DNA of 64,000 nt from Phoronis australis. Taxonomy: Eukaryota; Animalia; Phoronida. The stretch is from NCBI GenBank assembly GCA_002633005.1, contig NMRA01000125.1:319971-383970 (forward strand). Reading direction: 5' to 3'. The first letter of the stretch is position 1. Each line of letters starts with the position of its first letter. Under the pieces are notes generated by a model. The model had not been told where the DNA came from. It saw only the letters and a program-made list of their open reading frames with translations, and made no database searches. Positions 30,601 to 39,345 of the stretch are shown one piece after another. A program made the position numbers and the translations under genes.

Positions 30601-33600
30601 CTTTTAGCTAGCTGTGTCACAGCTAGATATGAGATATCACGCAATGAGATTTCAGCTCACAAATAGCATAAAACTACGTCCCTGTAACAAAAATATTGCG
30701 GAATGGAGTCAGTTTTCAACACTCAGGTAAACTACCATGCCAACTAATGTTTAGGCCAGCAACCAGTCAGCTATCATCCTTAACTGGTCCTAAGACATGG
30801 TGGATACCAACTTGGAGTGTTCTGAGACAGAGCAGCATGCACCAATAGATGTCTTTAACTCAGTCTTAAACAAATATTCTCAGCAGTTCACCACTCGCTG
30901 GCTCGGCGTGATGGGAAATGAGCATGTGCCAAGGTACAGTCGTGTTATTTCAGCGGTTTCTGTTAGACACTGCGCAGAACTTGTCGAGAGTAATACTTAG
31001 CTTCACATGTTGTCGTGCATTGCAATAAGTAACAGTTGTAAATCTGAAGTGTGACTTCTGAGTGACTCATTTGAGTCAGATACATTTGGGTTAACTCGGT
31101 GCATCTCGTCACAAAATTTGGATAGAGCTGCCTTAGAGAATATCCTATTGACTTTGTTACAGGTATTAGCCAGTTTTTATGGGAATGCGGTTGACTTGAC
31201 TACATGACAATATTTTAAAAATGGCCATTTTGGCAAGATGCTGTACGAAATAAGTGGAAAATTGCCATACCAATATTTTCTCTGATAATTTCTGTTTTCT
31301 GTCAGAGTTTGGCCATCGTTGTTTTGAATGGTTTTCCAGTGTTGGTGAATGGGAGATCTACCTTCAGGAGGGATCAGCCATGATATTCTTTGGAATGGAG
31401 CGATTCATGTCGTACATTCCTCCTTCCAAACTTGTGTCGCTGAATATTCCAGGTAAAGTTTATAGACAAGAATGATGGCGATGCTTATGGATGGACCTTT
31501 TCCGTTACTGATTATGGAATATATGTTTTCAGCACCATCTGTTAGCTGGAAATGTAGATGTATGTTCTCTCACAGACTGGTTTCATTGGTTGGTTTCATT
31601 CAAGTGGGATCACTGATGTCCCACAATCCATTGCAGATATCCCACAAATCTCTAAACTTAAGAAGGTCTATGCTGTGATGAGGTGACAATGACAGTGGTC
31701 CTGATGATGATGATGACAATAATTATTGACTATTAGGATGATGTTTACTGCAACAACGATATTGGCAAATTTGTCTACTAATTAATTGATCTGTGGATGA
31801 TGTTTCATTGAATGTCACTCTTATGTTTAGGTTAAAAAAACTAATCACTTAAAAAATGCACATTGTAAACATTATAAAGTCCTGCCCATAATCACAACTT
31901 ACACTTATGTCCTTTCATTCAGAGGTTGACGAGGGGATTGAGATTGACCTGGGGGGAGTTGAAAAGCAGCAAAATGTGGGAGTCGGGTGGAGGTCAGAAA
32001 GGGTTCTGCCATTTCGAAATTATTTAAGATGTTTTATACTTCATTTGTTTTTGGTCATTTTCTCACACCTTCATTGTATTGTGGTGAATTCTGTTTCTGG
32101 CTTAATTGTAATGAAGTGAAATGTCTTTATAGATTGTGTTGCTCTGTTTTTATTCGACTTGGCTCAGACAAGCAAGAGTTTTACCCGTCAGTCAAAGGCC
32201 GATGTCCTAAAGAAGTAAGTTAAGAACATTCATTGACTTTTTTGGATATACTTCTTCTTTAATTCTTTGTAAGTTTTCTATTATTACTGAAATATTGCAG
32301 ACATGTTGCAAGATTTTTTGTTTCGCGGCATTTTACAAGGAAATGTAACATATAATAGAATATCTGGTTTGAAAATTTAAGTCCCGTGACTCCCAATTTG
32401 GTGGTGAAAAACAGTGTGGCCAATGAAGACCATATCTGTCATTAATTTATTGAAAGGGAACTGGTAGAGTGATGCCTCGACAGTTTTGGTTTCCCTGCGC
32501 AGCAGTGATCATTGCTCCACCTAGTGATCAAATAACTTCTGAAGACATGATAGCTGTTGCCAAAACTATCAGAGTATCAGTTTGACTCTAAGAAAATAAC
32601 TTATTATCTGTACGTCGAATCTATTATGTAGAGATGTTTCTACTGTTGTAGCACTGACCATATGGAGCTTGAGAAACCTGTTGAATCGGTCATGCTGTCT
32701 AGCTTGACTGGTGTGAAGACCATTGTGGCCAACCAGTGGCACTGTACGCTGGAGGAGAATGGAGACAAATTGCAGGTCCTCATGCAGGGTAAGGGCTCAC
32801 TCATGTCAAAGGTCATATTTTGATGCCTTACAGTTTGTTCTGGAACAGCATTCTTGTGGCACAAGAAATAACAGAGAGATAGCATTGCGTTTCTTGTGCT
32901 CAAAAGTGTTAGATCCCTTTGATGGCAACACTGTTTTGAAATAGTTTGTCCTTTTTTGCTATCAAATTAGTTTTTACTAGAATGGCATTTTTGTGCTAGC
33001 TGCATTTCACCATGTGTAGGTGCTAAAATATGAAAAGCATTTTAGTATCATGATGAAATTATTCTCAAATTTTTCATTTTATAGAGCGAGTGGTCACATT
33101 CAAAAGCCGCTCATCCGAGCCCATTGCACCAAACATCTGAGTCCATTTCAATTTACTAATAAACACAGATAGAACATATAGATATACAAAGATATTAAGA
33201 CTGAGCTGAGGAGCTAGAGACCTGACTCAGTGGGCTCCAATGGTATTTGAACCCACCACCTTGTGAACCCACCACCTTGTGAACCGACCACCTTGTGAAC
33301 CCACCACCTTGTGAACAGGAGTCAGACACTTAATCCACTTGGCCACGTTGTCTCTGCCAAATTTGTGTTTACCTGAATAGTTTCTGTTTTCTGTTGTCAA
33401 GAAGAACATAAAACCCTCAACATGTAAGAAATCACGACATTAATTTATAGCAGTTGGCCAACCATAAATTCGAAAAAGGGCAGAGGGAAATTCCATTCGA
33501 GTATAGGTCAGTCGCATTATCCATCAATGACCATTTCCATTTATTTTAGTACATAACACCGATGACTCCAGTTAACCTAGTTACTAAATCGCTTTTGTTT

Positions 33601-35675
33601 GTGTGACAAGATTAAGTGTGTAATTGAAGATGATGGCACAGAGATAAATGACGGAAAATGCCTTGACAGATATTGTGTCACCTTAGCTCAGATGCTGTGT
33701 CGCCCTGTCTCAGGTACTGTGTCGCCCTGGCTCAGGTACTGTGTCGCCCTGGCTCAGACACTGTGTGGCCCTGGCTCAGATACTGTGTCGCCCTGGCTCA
33801 GATACTGTGTGGCCCTGGCTCAGATACTGTGTGGCCCTGGCTCAGAATACTGTGTCGCCCTGGCTCAGATACTGTGTCGTCGTGGCTCAGATACTATGTC
33901 GCCCTGGCTCTTGTGCATTGTTTAGAACTTTACTTACCCACTCATTCATCACCAATTTGGGGTTGCTGAGATGTGATGTTTTCAAACATTGAAACTCTTT
34001 TGGTTTACTACTGAAAATTTGTTTTAAGTGACTAGCAAACAGGCAAAATGCAAGAATCAGGATCAAATTGTTCTTCTGGTATTCACAATGTTCATGGCTA
34101 CTATTTCGGCGTAGATCCAATATCGGAACAAATTATAACAGTGGAAGAGTTCAAGCCTGGGAAGCATGGCGTTGCTATTCCAGTTTTAAAAATTGTGAGA
34201 TCCGTCTGCTTTGTACAACTATTTTAGCATGTAGACCAGTGTTAGTGAGGCGTCTAGTATTTGTGTGAAAAAGAGTTAAAGGAGGGATATTGTTATGTTG
34301 TTCCCACTTTGAAGATTCTTAGATTCATTTTCATGACTTAACTGTCATAGGCAGCAATTGTTTTGATGCACGGGAATAAAAAAACAAATAGTTATAAAAA
34401 AGTGCTTTGATTTGTTTTTATTAAGACTGAAGGTTTGCAACGTACATAGTAGTCCATACAACAGTAGCCCATAAATTATTCACATTAAGCAACTCTCTCT
34501 TCACAATCTAGTTTATTTAACTGTGTATCAAAATTAGATGACAGTCTTGTCCTGGGCATACAACCTTTGACAAAATGGACCCCACCATTTTAACATTTTC
34601 AACTCCAGGCATCAGCAAGTTTCTAGATCAAGCCTAGTCCAGATATCCATTGATGATGTTTTCCTGTGCTCTTTTGTCCAATATCATGACTCACAAACTT
34701 TTTTAAGCGTTCTGGGTTTTTTTTTGTCCGTCATCACGACTTGTAGACCTATCTATCACAGGGTTCAACGAATCAAAAAAATATCAATGGGTACCAGAGA
34801 AATGAAACTTTGCACATTTAATTTCAATTTGGCTAATTTTTATTGTTTTTATTCAGGGAAAATGACCCTAACGTAGATTCTTATAAGGAACACAATTTTA
34901 GAAGCCAAGTAGTTTGAAAAATGGCCAGCTTTAGTCCATGATGTATCAGTTTATTTTATAACCCTGAAGCCATCATTAATGTAGTTTGCTCGACTACACA
35001 CTACAGGACCATAGATCAGATGCCCTGATAAACTTAGGACTCTTGACGTAACCGGTAATTGTACAATTTATTGATGGAGTACAAGTTGACTTGAAACTAA
35101 TCAAGTTTCTAATATTAATTCTTCCAGACAACTCTTGTTTGTGAGTGTGCATCATGGCATGATGGGAAATTACTAGTAATTGTACAGTGCAAACTCGCAT
35201 GATTATTTCACCAGATTCCGTAGCTGTCAAAAACATTTCCCTCAAAATTCTTGTAACATTTACAGGTATTTTTCAGTGTCACAGAGTGCAATGTATTGAA
35301 TTTAGTGTGCATTGGGGGCGAGTACCTAATCTTAGAGATATGAGAAAAACAGCATTTTATGGTGATTTGCTTCTAGATTTGTTGGAGAGTGGAAAGACAA
35401 CTGGCCAAGGAGTACGTCTGCTGTTCACTCCATACAGGAGAAAAACTGAAGCAGACGAACAGATAGAGAATGAGGAACAGGAAGGGCAGGCCAAACAAGA
35501 AGGACAAACCAAACAGGAAGTGTTGCAGGACAGCGTTACCGAGGAAACAAGTGAACCGTTACCAAGTGAACAAGTCGAGGAAGAGGAACAGATTGATCCA
35601 GCCAGTGAGCGCCGTATGTCTTGGTTTAACACTGTCTGCTATGGCCTTCCGAATATAGTTGTTGTGCAAATGTAA
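499..35675 (+). CDS. CFAP46: Cilia- and flagella-associated protein 46 (TTC40), 3' portion; 33 exons in window, 5' end lies upstream of window
   Basis: Hand-spliced GT-AG exons listed below total 4494 nt with compatible phases and no internal stop. The translated motifs WQKVDYLLEFGQWL, TIEEWAVYDAPDE, YQPAREMLNEA, MELPLEAM..SRDFSLQMLYHR and FTTRWLG..IFFGMERF match human CFAP46 motifs as I recall them (WQKVEYLMEFGQWL, SIEEWASYSCPEE, YQPARLLLSEA, LELPLEGL..SREFSLQMLWNR, FTSRWAG..FFYGMESF), in colinear order. Confidence 0.93.
2981..3019 (+). CDS. CFAP46: CFAP46 39-nt micro-exon w2 (VRSRQRSSSAKGK)
   Basis: Long polypyrimidine tract ending tttag|, |gtatag donor, symmetric phase 1-1, open frame. 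Confidence 0.7.
4139..4315 (+). CDS. CFAP46: CFAP46 exon w3 (GKAKKGKGKRVK...KEAII)
   Basis: attag| acceptor, |gtgctt donor, phase 1-1. Confidence 0.8.
4640..4809 (+). CDS. CFAP46: CFAP46 exon w4 (GVTLLNEN...VIRLWQ)
   Basis: gaag| acceptor, |gtgggt donor, phase 1-0. Confidence 0.85.
5388..5504 (+). CDS. CFAP46: CFAP46 exon w5 (VTLGASGP...KTEEK)
   Basis: tgcag| acceptor, |gtaggg donor, phase 0-0. Confidence 0.85.
6263..6421 (+). CDS. CFAP46: CFAP46 exon w6 (PVKEKP...TIEEWAVY...LQKP)
   Basis: tctag| acceptor, |gtaagt donor, phase 0-0. Confidence 0.9.
6870..7145 (-). repeat. About three imperfect 60-70-bp tandem units (GAGTTTTCCTTCTCCTAG-CAAACTGCC..CCAAGGC..) with flank; probably a retroposon (RTE-like) 5' fragment
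   Basis: Units visible at about 6880, 6950 and 7018; the RTE-like assignment rests on a recalled motif (CTAGGAGAAGGAAAACTCTG on the - strand) only. Confidence 0.45.
7501..7649 (+). CDS. CFAP46: CFAP46 exon w7 (TLTLHYF...AAVHM)
   Basis: tgcag| acceptor, |gtaggc donor, phase 0-2. Confidence 0.9.
8137..8235 (+). CDS. CFAP46: CFAP46 exon w8 (ASEVCLQLNL...SEVA)
   Basis: tacag| acceptor, |gtaatt donor, phase 2-2. Confidence 0.85.
8715..8881 (+). CDS. CFAP46: CFAP46 exon w9 (SREEICAWKEK...SLHL)
   Basis: tgcag| acceptor, |gtaagt donor, phase 2-1. Confidence 0.9.
9464..9585 (+). CDS. CFAP46: CFAP46 exon w10 (QEIGKLSLRKVW...YQPAREMLNEALLSAK)
   Basis: tacag| acceptor, |gtaact donor, phase 1-0. Confidence 0.88.
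9966..10073 (+). CDS. CFAP46: CFAP46 exon w11 (AFEDKPLIADILYNF...CQEAQ)
   Basis: ttcag| acceptor, |gtaagt donor, phase 0-0. Confidence 0.88.
10413..10511 (+). CDS. CFAP46: CFAP46 exon w12 (ASHNGDEMFWYKTT...NLKT)
   Basis: actag| acceptor, |gtaaat donor, phase 0-0. Confidence 0.85.
11432..11538 (+). CDS. CFAP46: CFAP46 exon w13 (ARGMIVDALN...AKLEA)
   Basis: ttcag| acceptor, |gtaagt donor, phase 0-2. Confidence 0.87.
12360..12450 (+). CDS. CFAP46: CFAP46 exon w14 (LGSVQAKI...KSACD)
   Basis: ttcag| acceptor, |gtacgt donor, phase 2-0. Confidence 0.83.
13582..13725 (+). CDS. CFAP46: CFAP46 exon w15 (KLDHASELL...HAHFMM)
   Basis: ttcag| acceptor, |gtctgc donor, phase 0-0. Confidence 0.85.
13840..13893. 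repeat. 25-bp perfect direct duplication (TAAACTGGCCTCATCATGGTCATGA x2)
   Basis: Directly visible. Confidence 0.85.
13976..14056 (+). CDS. CFAP46: CFAP46 exon w16 (ALEILDEA...TSIQQ)
   Basis: tgtag| acceptor, |gtctgt donor, phase 0-0. Confidence 0.82.
14373..14519 (+). CDS. CFAP46: CFAP46 exon w17 (SRNISLPVQRE...KGSIQK)
   Basis: tccag| acceptor, |gttaga donor, phase 0-0. Confidence 0.88.
15713..15783 (+). CDS. CFAP46: CFAP46 exon w18 (TLQEITEDMPEYSDVEKKWMATT)
   Basis: tacag| acceptor, |gtatgt donor, phase 0-2. Confidence 0.87.
16651..16729 (+). CDS. CFAP46: CFAP46 exon w19 (LIADQALSTM...HLKAR)
   Basis: ttcag| acceptor, |gtaatt donor, phase 2-0. Confidence 0.83.
17240..17326 (+). CDS. CFAP46: CFAP46 exon w20 (SLFNMGRCLRLL...WNVDDM)
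   Basis: ttcag| acceptor, |gtaaga donor, phase 0-0. Confidence 0.87.
18525..18656 (+). CDS. CFAP46: CFAP46 exon w21 (AIIKLEES...TIAKAK)
   Basis: attag| acceptor, |gtaggt donor, phase 0-0. Confidence 0.8.
19082..19261 (+). CDS. CFAP46: CFAP46 exon w22 (VDRDTAVHYLSQANECL...YMALYQ)
   Basis: gctag| acceptor, |gtaagt donor, phase 0-0. Confidence 0.9.
19929..20111 (+). CDS. CFAP46: CFAP46 exon w23 (SCLSGQYL...TSQLAALIHQ...NDWQ)
   Basis: tacag| acceptor, |gtatgg donor, phase 0-0. Confidence 0.9.
20487..20667 (+). CDS. CFAP46: CFAP46 exon w24 (AWKKISV...ILQHSPDKEYLYGA...NAT)
   Basis: cacag| acceptor, |gtaggt donor, phase 0-1. Confidence 0.9.
20911..21130. repeat. ~90-bp imperfect tandem repeat, about 2.4 copies
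   Basis: The unit start (a)gtcctgtcttaactaaactaatgccaacctta recurs at about 20911, 21003 and 21093. Confidence 0.75.
22161..22196 (+). CDS. CFAP46: Candidate optional 36-nt CFAP46 micro-exon (KYSMAQNPKCTQ)
   Basis: gttttcag| acceptor, |gtatgt donor, symmetric phase 1-1 and open in the CFAP46 frame; not required for frame and not counted in the 33 exons. Confidence 0.45.
24257..24450 (+). CDS. CFAP46: CFAP46 exon w25 (LSKAKVVRIK...EERPE)
   Basis: tgcag| acceptor, |gttggt donor, phase 1-0. Confidence 0.87.
25810..25931 (+). CDS. CFAP46: CFAP46 exon w26 (TALSEDTE...LEAYLAP...LDLLF)
   Basis: gaag| acceptor, |gtaaaa donor, phase 0-2. Confidence 0.83.
26441..26750 (+). CDS. CFAP46: CFAP46 exon w27 (PPTAT...ADPMLMELPLEAM...KQAKI)
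   Basis: ttcag| acceptor, |gtgagt donor, phase 2-0. Confidence 0.92.
27002..28287. mobile_element. Non-autonomous DNA transposon (Tc2/pogo-like, Tc1-mariner superfamily) in CFAP46 intron
   Basis: TA flanks at 27000-27001 and 28288-28289; imperfect ~30-bp TIRs CCGTATTCGCAGTAATAACCGCCCAGGGCCC and (reverse complement) CCCTATTCGCCATAATAACCGCCCATGCCCC; no transposase ORF. Confidence 0.8.
28521..28581 (+). CDS. CFAP46: CFAP46 exon w28 (IPLDRTPPPGAMPIDTNNFR), U12 donor
   Basis: tttttag| acceptor, |GTATCCTTTT U12 donor, phase 0-1; identical copy at 29685-29745. Confidence 0.85.
29685..29745 (+). CDS. CFAP46: Identical duplicate of CFAP46 exon w28 (probably haplotype/assembly duplicate)
   Basis: Lies in the second copy of a 1163-bp tandem duplication joined by a single n at 28886. 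Confidence 0.6.
29746..30794 (+). other. U12-type (minor spliceosome) GT-AG intron of CFAP46 (alternatively starting at 28582)
   Basis: 5' end GTATCCTTTT; branch box TCCTTAAC at 30777-30784 ending 10 nt before the exon; no polypyrimidine tract; splicing gives the in-frame ...NNFR-Y-MVDT... Confidence 0.92.
30795..30933 (+). CDS. CFAP46: CFAP46 exon w29 (YMVDTNLEC...FTTRWLGVMGNEHVP)
   Basis: U12 acceptor ctaag|, |gtacag donor, phase 1-2. Confidence 0.9.
31340..31452 (+). CDS. CFAP46: CFAP46 exon w30 (SVGEWEIYLQ...IFFGMERF...LNIP)
   Basis: tccag| acceptor, |gtaaag donor, phase 2-1. Confidence 0.9.
32133..32214 (+). CDS. CFAP46: CFAP46 exon w31 (DCVALFLFDLAQTSKSF...VLK)
   Basis: tatag| acceptor, |gtaagt donor, phase 1-2. 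Confidence 0.88.
32652..32788 (+). CDS. CFAP46: CFAP46 exon w32 (TDHMELEKP...IVANQWHCT...LMQ)
   Basis: tgtag| acceptor, |gtaagg donor, phase 2-1. Confidence 0.88.
33075..33358 (-). mobile_element. tRNA-derived SINE with an internal 16-bp unit amplified x4
   Basis: On the - strand: A box GTGGCCAAGTGG, B box GGTTCAAATACC, and a 3' tail ...GAGCGGCTTTTGAATGTGACCACTCGCTCTATAAAA; TGAACCCACCACCTTG x4 at 33248-33311. Confidence 0.7.
33667..33910. repeat. 22-bp minisatellite CAGATACTGTGTCGCCCTGGCT, 11 copies
   Basis: Counted directly; units are contiguous with no spacers. Confidence 0.95.
35377..35675 (+). CDS. CFAP46: CFAP46 terminal coding exon (DLLESGKTTGQ...WFNTVCYGLPNIVVVQM*)
   Basis: tctag| acceptor, phase 1, TAA stop at 35673-35675. 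Confidence 0.9.
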
Positions 35676-35920
35676 AGAAGAGGCTGAATTCTTCCTAAAA
35701 AGGAAATTAGAGAGTGATTGTGAAATAACTTTTTGTTTTTGTTTTCATGTTCATTTGGTTTGTTTTCAAGTCATGTGTACCCGTTTGTTTCAAGAAGGCA
35801 ACTGTTTGGAATTCACGGACGAAGATGTGATATTTTTGTCAAAGGTTTTTTGATAATCGGTCAGTTGCTGTTGTTTGTGATGATGTGTGCTGGTTATTTT
35901 ACCCTTCAACATATTTTTGA

Positions 35921-36035
35921 AATAAAATATGATAATTCTATATCATTCCACCAATGGTTTCCATGTTTGATATTTACAAGTTTCTGTTGTGACATTGTTC
36001 TGGATATTGTCAAAACCTGCTTATAAGTCAATAAA
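35921..36035 (+). promoter_or_regulatory. Candidate CFAP46 polyadenylation signals (AATAAA at 35921 and 36030)
   Basis: Two AATAAA hexamers 250-360 nt after the stop; the second is followed by a GT/T-rich stretch. Confidence 0.5.
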
Positions 36036-36854
36036 GTATAGCAATATTCTGCTGGCTCATCTGTGTTTTCAATTCTAGCATTCAAGATGAAGACAGTACA
36101 GCTCGCTTCTGAGAGTTGGTGCTCTTCTGCCCTTGTAATTTCAATTATTTATGGTGTCCTCTGAAATAATTCATGACACTTAACACTTAAACCTGACAAA
36201 TCTGCCTTCCATCACGAAAATTAAGTTTTCATTTAAACCACTAACCATGCTGAAATTGGTCTCAAAAATTTCTTTGGTCAAAATAAATATAACTAAGTTC
36301 CAGGCTTGGGATGAAGTGCCAGACTGGTTACGGCTCGACACAAGTTGTTATGGCTGCTTGGGCTTGAGTTTAAACCAACTGTCAGTTTTTGTGAGAGCAG
36401 AAATCACTTCTCTGAGTAAAGAACAAGTGCTGAAACCAGTTTTAATTGTGACATACCGCGCCAGATGCTAGTGATGTTCAAAGCAAGTTATTTGCACCTT
36501 ATGTCATTATCTACCGTACATTAGATCTTTGGCATCAGAAAGCTGTGAGTAATGGGTATAAATCAGAAGTTAGATTCTTCAACTGAACGTTGGTTTATTT
36601 TGAATTTAGTATACAACATAGAATACGACTGCGTGCAAAAATTAGTAACTGAAAACTTTTTTGCGTTCTACCCAATTTCATGAAATGGCCGGTGATATCG
36701 CCTTGCGAGTATGATCATGTTTTTCGTCCTTATCCTTTGGTCCCCCTTTCCCTTTTGTGTGTCTTTCTGTATGATCAGATTTTTAAATCTTTTGTTAACC
36801 TTATTTAGCGTAACCTCAGTTAAGGGATGCCTCCGAAACCGTGTATAACCCCAA

Positions 36855-39345
36855 ATGGTTAACATTAAGTGCGTGTCTATAAATGTCCGAGGCATTAATT
36901 CAGAAATAAAGTGAGCTCAACTCTTTAAATGATTGAAACAAAAGAATTATGACATAGTTTACTTACAAGAAACATACAGCGTCCCTGTTTCCGTTGATAA
37001 ATGGGAACGTGAGTGGAGTGGTCCGGTATATCACAGTTCTAGTCACGGCACTAATCATAATAAAGGCACTGCCATTTTAATTCATCCACGTTTGGATTTT
37101 GAACCATCTTTAGTCCAGAACGATACTTACGGTAGATACAATGTTCTCAATTGCAAAATTGCAGAACAAGATTTCATTTTACTCAATCTGTACTTTCTAA
37201 ATGAAACCAGGAAACAAGTCGAATTTCTGGATTTCATTAATTTAGAACTCCATAATTTTGTAAACAACCAAAGTAATCTTTGCGCTGATGATTTTAACTG
37301 CGCTCCCACAGACTTAGATAAGAAAGGAAAACTAGGTGTATTCCACGAAAAGTCCTGTAATACAGAACGTCAATTTTTTAAATCTAATTTCAAGTTGTAC
37401 GACGTATGGCGTGAAAATAACCCAGGTGTGAGGAAATACACTTGGAGGGATAAGACTATGTCATGCCAAAGTAGAATTGACGTGGCTAATTTCCAGAGAA
37501 GTAGCAGTAAAAGACGTTGCCATTATTATCGAGTTTGTGTTTTCAGACCACTCTGCCATTACTTTACATTTTGAAATATCCGAAAATGCGAAAGAGGTCC
37601 TGGTCTTTGGAAATTAAACACTAGTTATTTAAACGATACCAATTATATAAACAAAATAACTAATTGTGTCGAATTTTTTAGCATACAATACCGACATATT
37701 GAAGACAAAAATTTAGTGTGGGAATTAATTAAAATGCAAATAAGGAAAATTTCAATCTCTTTTGCAAAAGAGGTTGCAAAGAAGACCCCGGCGCTCTGAC
37801 GAAATTGTTTTAATAGAAAAAAATAACGCTTTGACAGCCAAGATGGAAAGCGACCCTTCAGAGGAATTAAAATGGGTTTACAAAAAGCCAAAATTGATTT
37901 GCAAATTATCCAGACCCAAAAAATTAAGGGCTCGATTTTGCGTATTAAAGCACAATGGGCAGAACAAGGCGAGAAGGGAAAATATTTCAAAAGACCTAGA
38001 GTTGCGCCACAGCAAGCAAAAACATATTAACGTCCTTAAAGATGGTGCTAAAACTATACATGATGCAGCAAGCATACGGAATATGCAAGTGAACTATTAC
38101 AAAAAACTTTACTCCGATATTGAAGAATGCAACGGAGAAAGAACGTATCCGATCGACCTTTTAAATTTACCAATGCTATCTCCTGCAGATTCTTACGATT
38201 TAGAAAAAAATCTAACAGAAGAAGAATTGTATGAATCTCTTTTAAAGAAAAATCCTAACAAGACGCCTGGTAATGATGGCATCAGCTATGAATTTTATAA
38301 AACCTTTTGGAAGGTAATTAAAGACCATTTATTGGGGAGCGTCACATACAGCTTTGGAAACGGTCACATGTCCAATTCACAAAAGCAAGGCGTAATCACG
38401 TTAATCCCAAAAAGTAAACAGTCCGAGGAAATACTATCTTCAGACAATTGGAGACCTATCTCTCTTTTGAACTATGACTATAAATAATAACTAAAACAAT
38501 CGCAAACAAAATATACAAATATATTGACAATTCAATTCATCCAGATCAAACATCCTTGCGGAAACGTTATATAGCCCAGAATATACGTGTAATTGACGAT
38601 ATGATTGAATTTTACAAAGAAAAGCACGCCCCGGTCACATTGTATTCCTCGATTTCAAGAAAGCGTACGATACTGTAAAGTGGGAGTTTTATTTCAGTCC
38701 TTAAAAGCTTTTAATTTTGGTGACGTTTTTATCGATAGAATCCGTACATTGTATTCTGGAATTTCGTCATGTGTGTTGAACAACGGATTTACATCACGGT
38801 ATTTTAACATAGAGAAAGGCCTCTGACACATCATATCAGAAGCAATGAATTAATTAGTGTCTTCACAATAGCCAATCACGTAATCAAAATCGCACAGTAT
38901 GCAGACGATACAGTTCTTTTCATTAAAGACATAGAATCTGGCAATAACTATTTTAGATTATTTTGGAACTCCACTTGAATTATGAAAAATGCCAAGGAAT
39001 GTTTGCCTCAACAATGCACTGAAATCGTAAACCACTTTACGGAATCAGCTGGCCCCAAAAGCCCATTAAAAGTCTAGGAATATTCTTTGGAGGAAAAGGA
39101 GATGACGCTGAAAAACTCAAAAGCTTAAAGACCTGTTCAATATTTGGAAAATACGAAATTTGTCCATAAAAAGCAGAATCTTCCTTACGAAAACTTTTGG
39201 TTTATCGAAACTCATTCATGTAGTGTCAACTGTGAGTATCACCAAAAAAGAATTCGTGAAGTTAATAAACTTATCGGAGAATTTATTTGGTTAAATAACC
39301 ACCAAAAAAATAAAGAAACTGTGACTATTTCGCAATATCACTAAC
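36855..39345 (+). mobile_element. Degenerate non-LTR retrotransposon ORF2 (L1/Tx1 clade; APE endonuclease plus reverse transcriptase), pseudogenised
   Basis: Endonuclease motifs: SINVRG, DIVYLQET, DFN, YTWR, SRID, SDH, GLWKLN. RT motifs: KTPGNDG, WRPISLLNYDYK, FLDFKKAYDTV, QYADDT (38895-38912). Many stops and frameshifts, the QG..SP motif is deleted, and the 3' end is truncated. Confidence 0.9.

Noticed and set aside
33230-33358. Functional tRNA gene
   Set aside because: It has A and B boxes but an internal 4x repeat and a SINE-like body and tail, so it cannot form a normal cloverleaf.
33599-33992. Three overlapping Cys/Pro-rich ORFs and a CRISPR-like look
   Set aside because: They are translations of a contiguous 22-bp minisatellite with no spacers, inside a CFAP46 intron; there are no cas genes.
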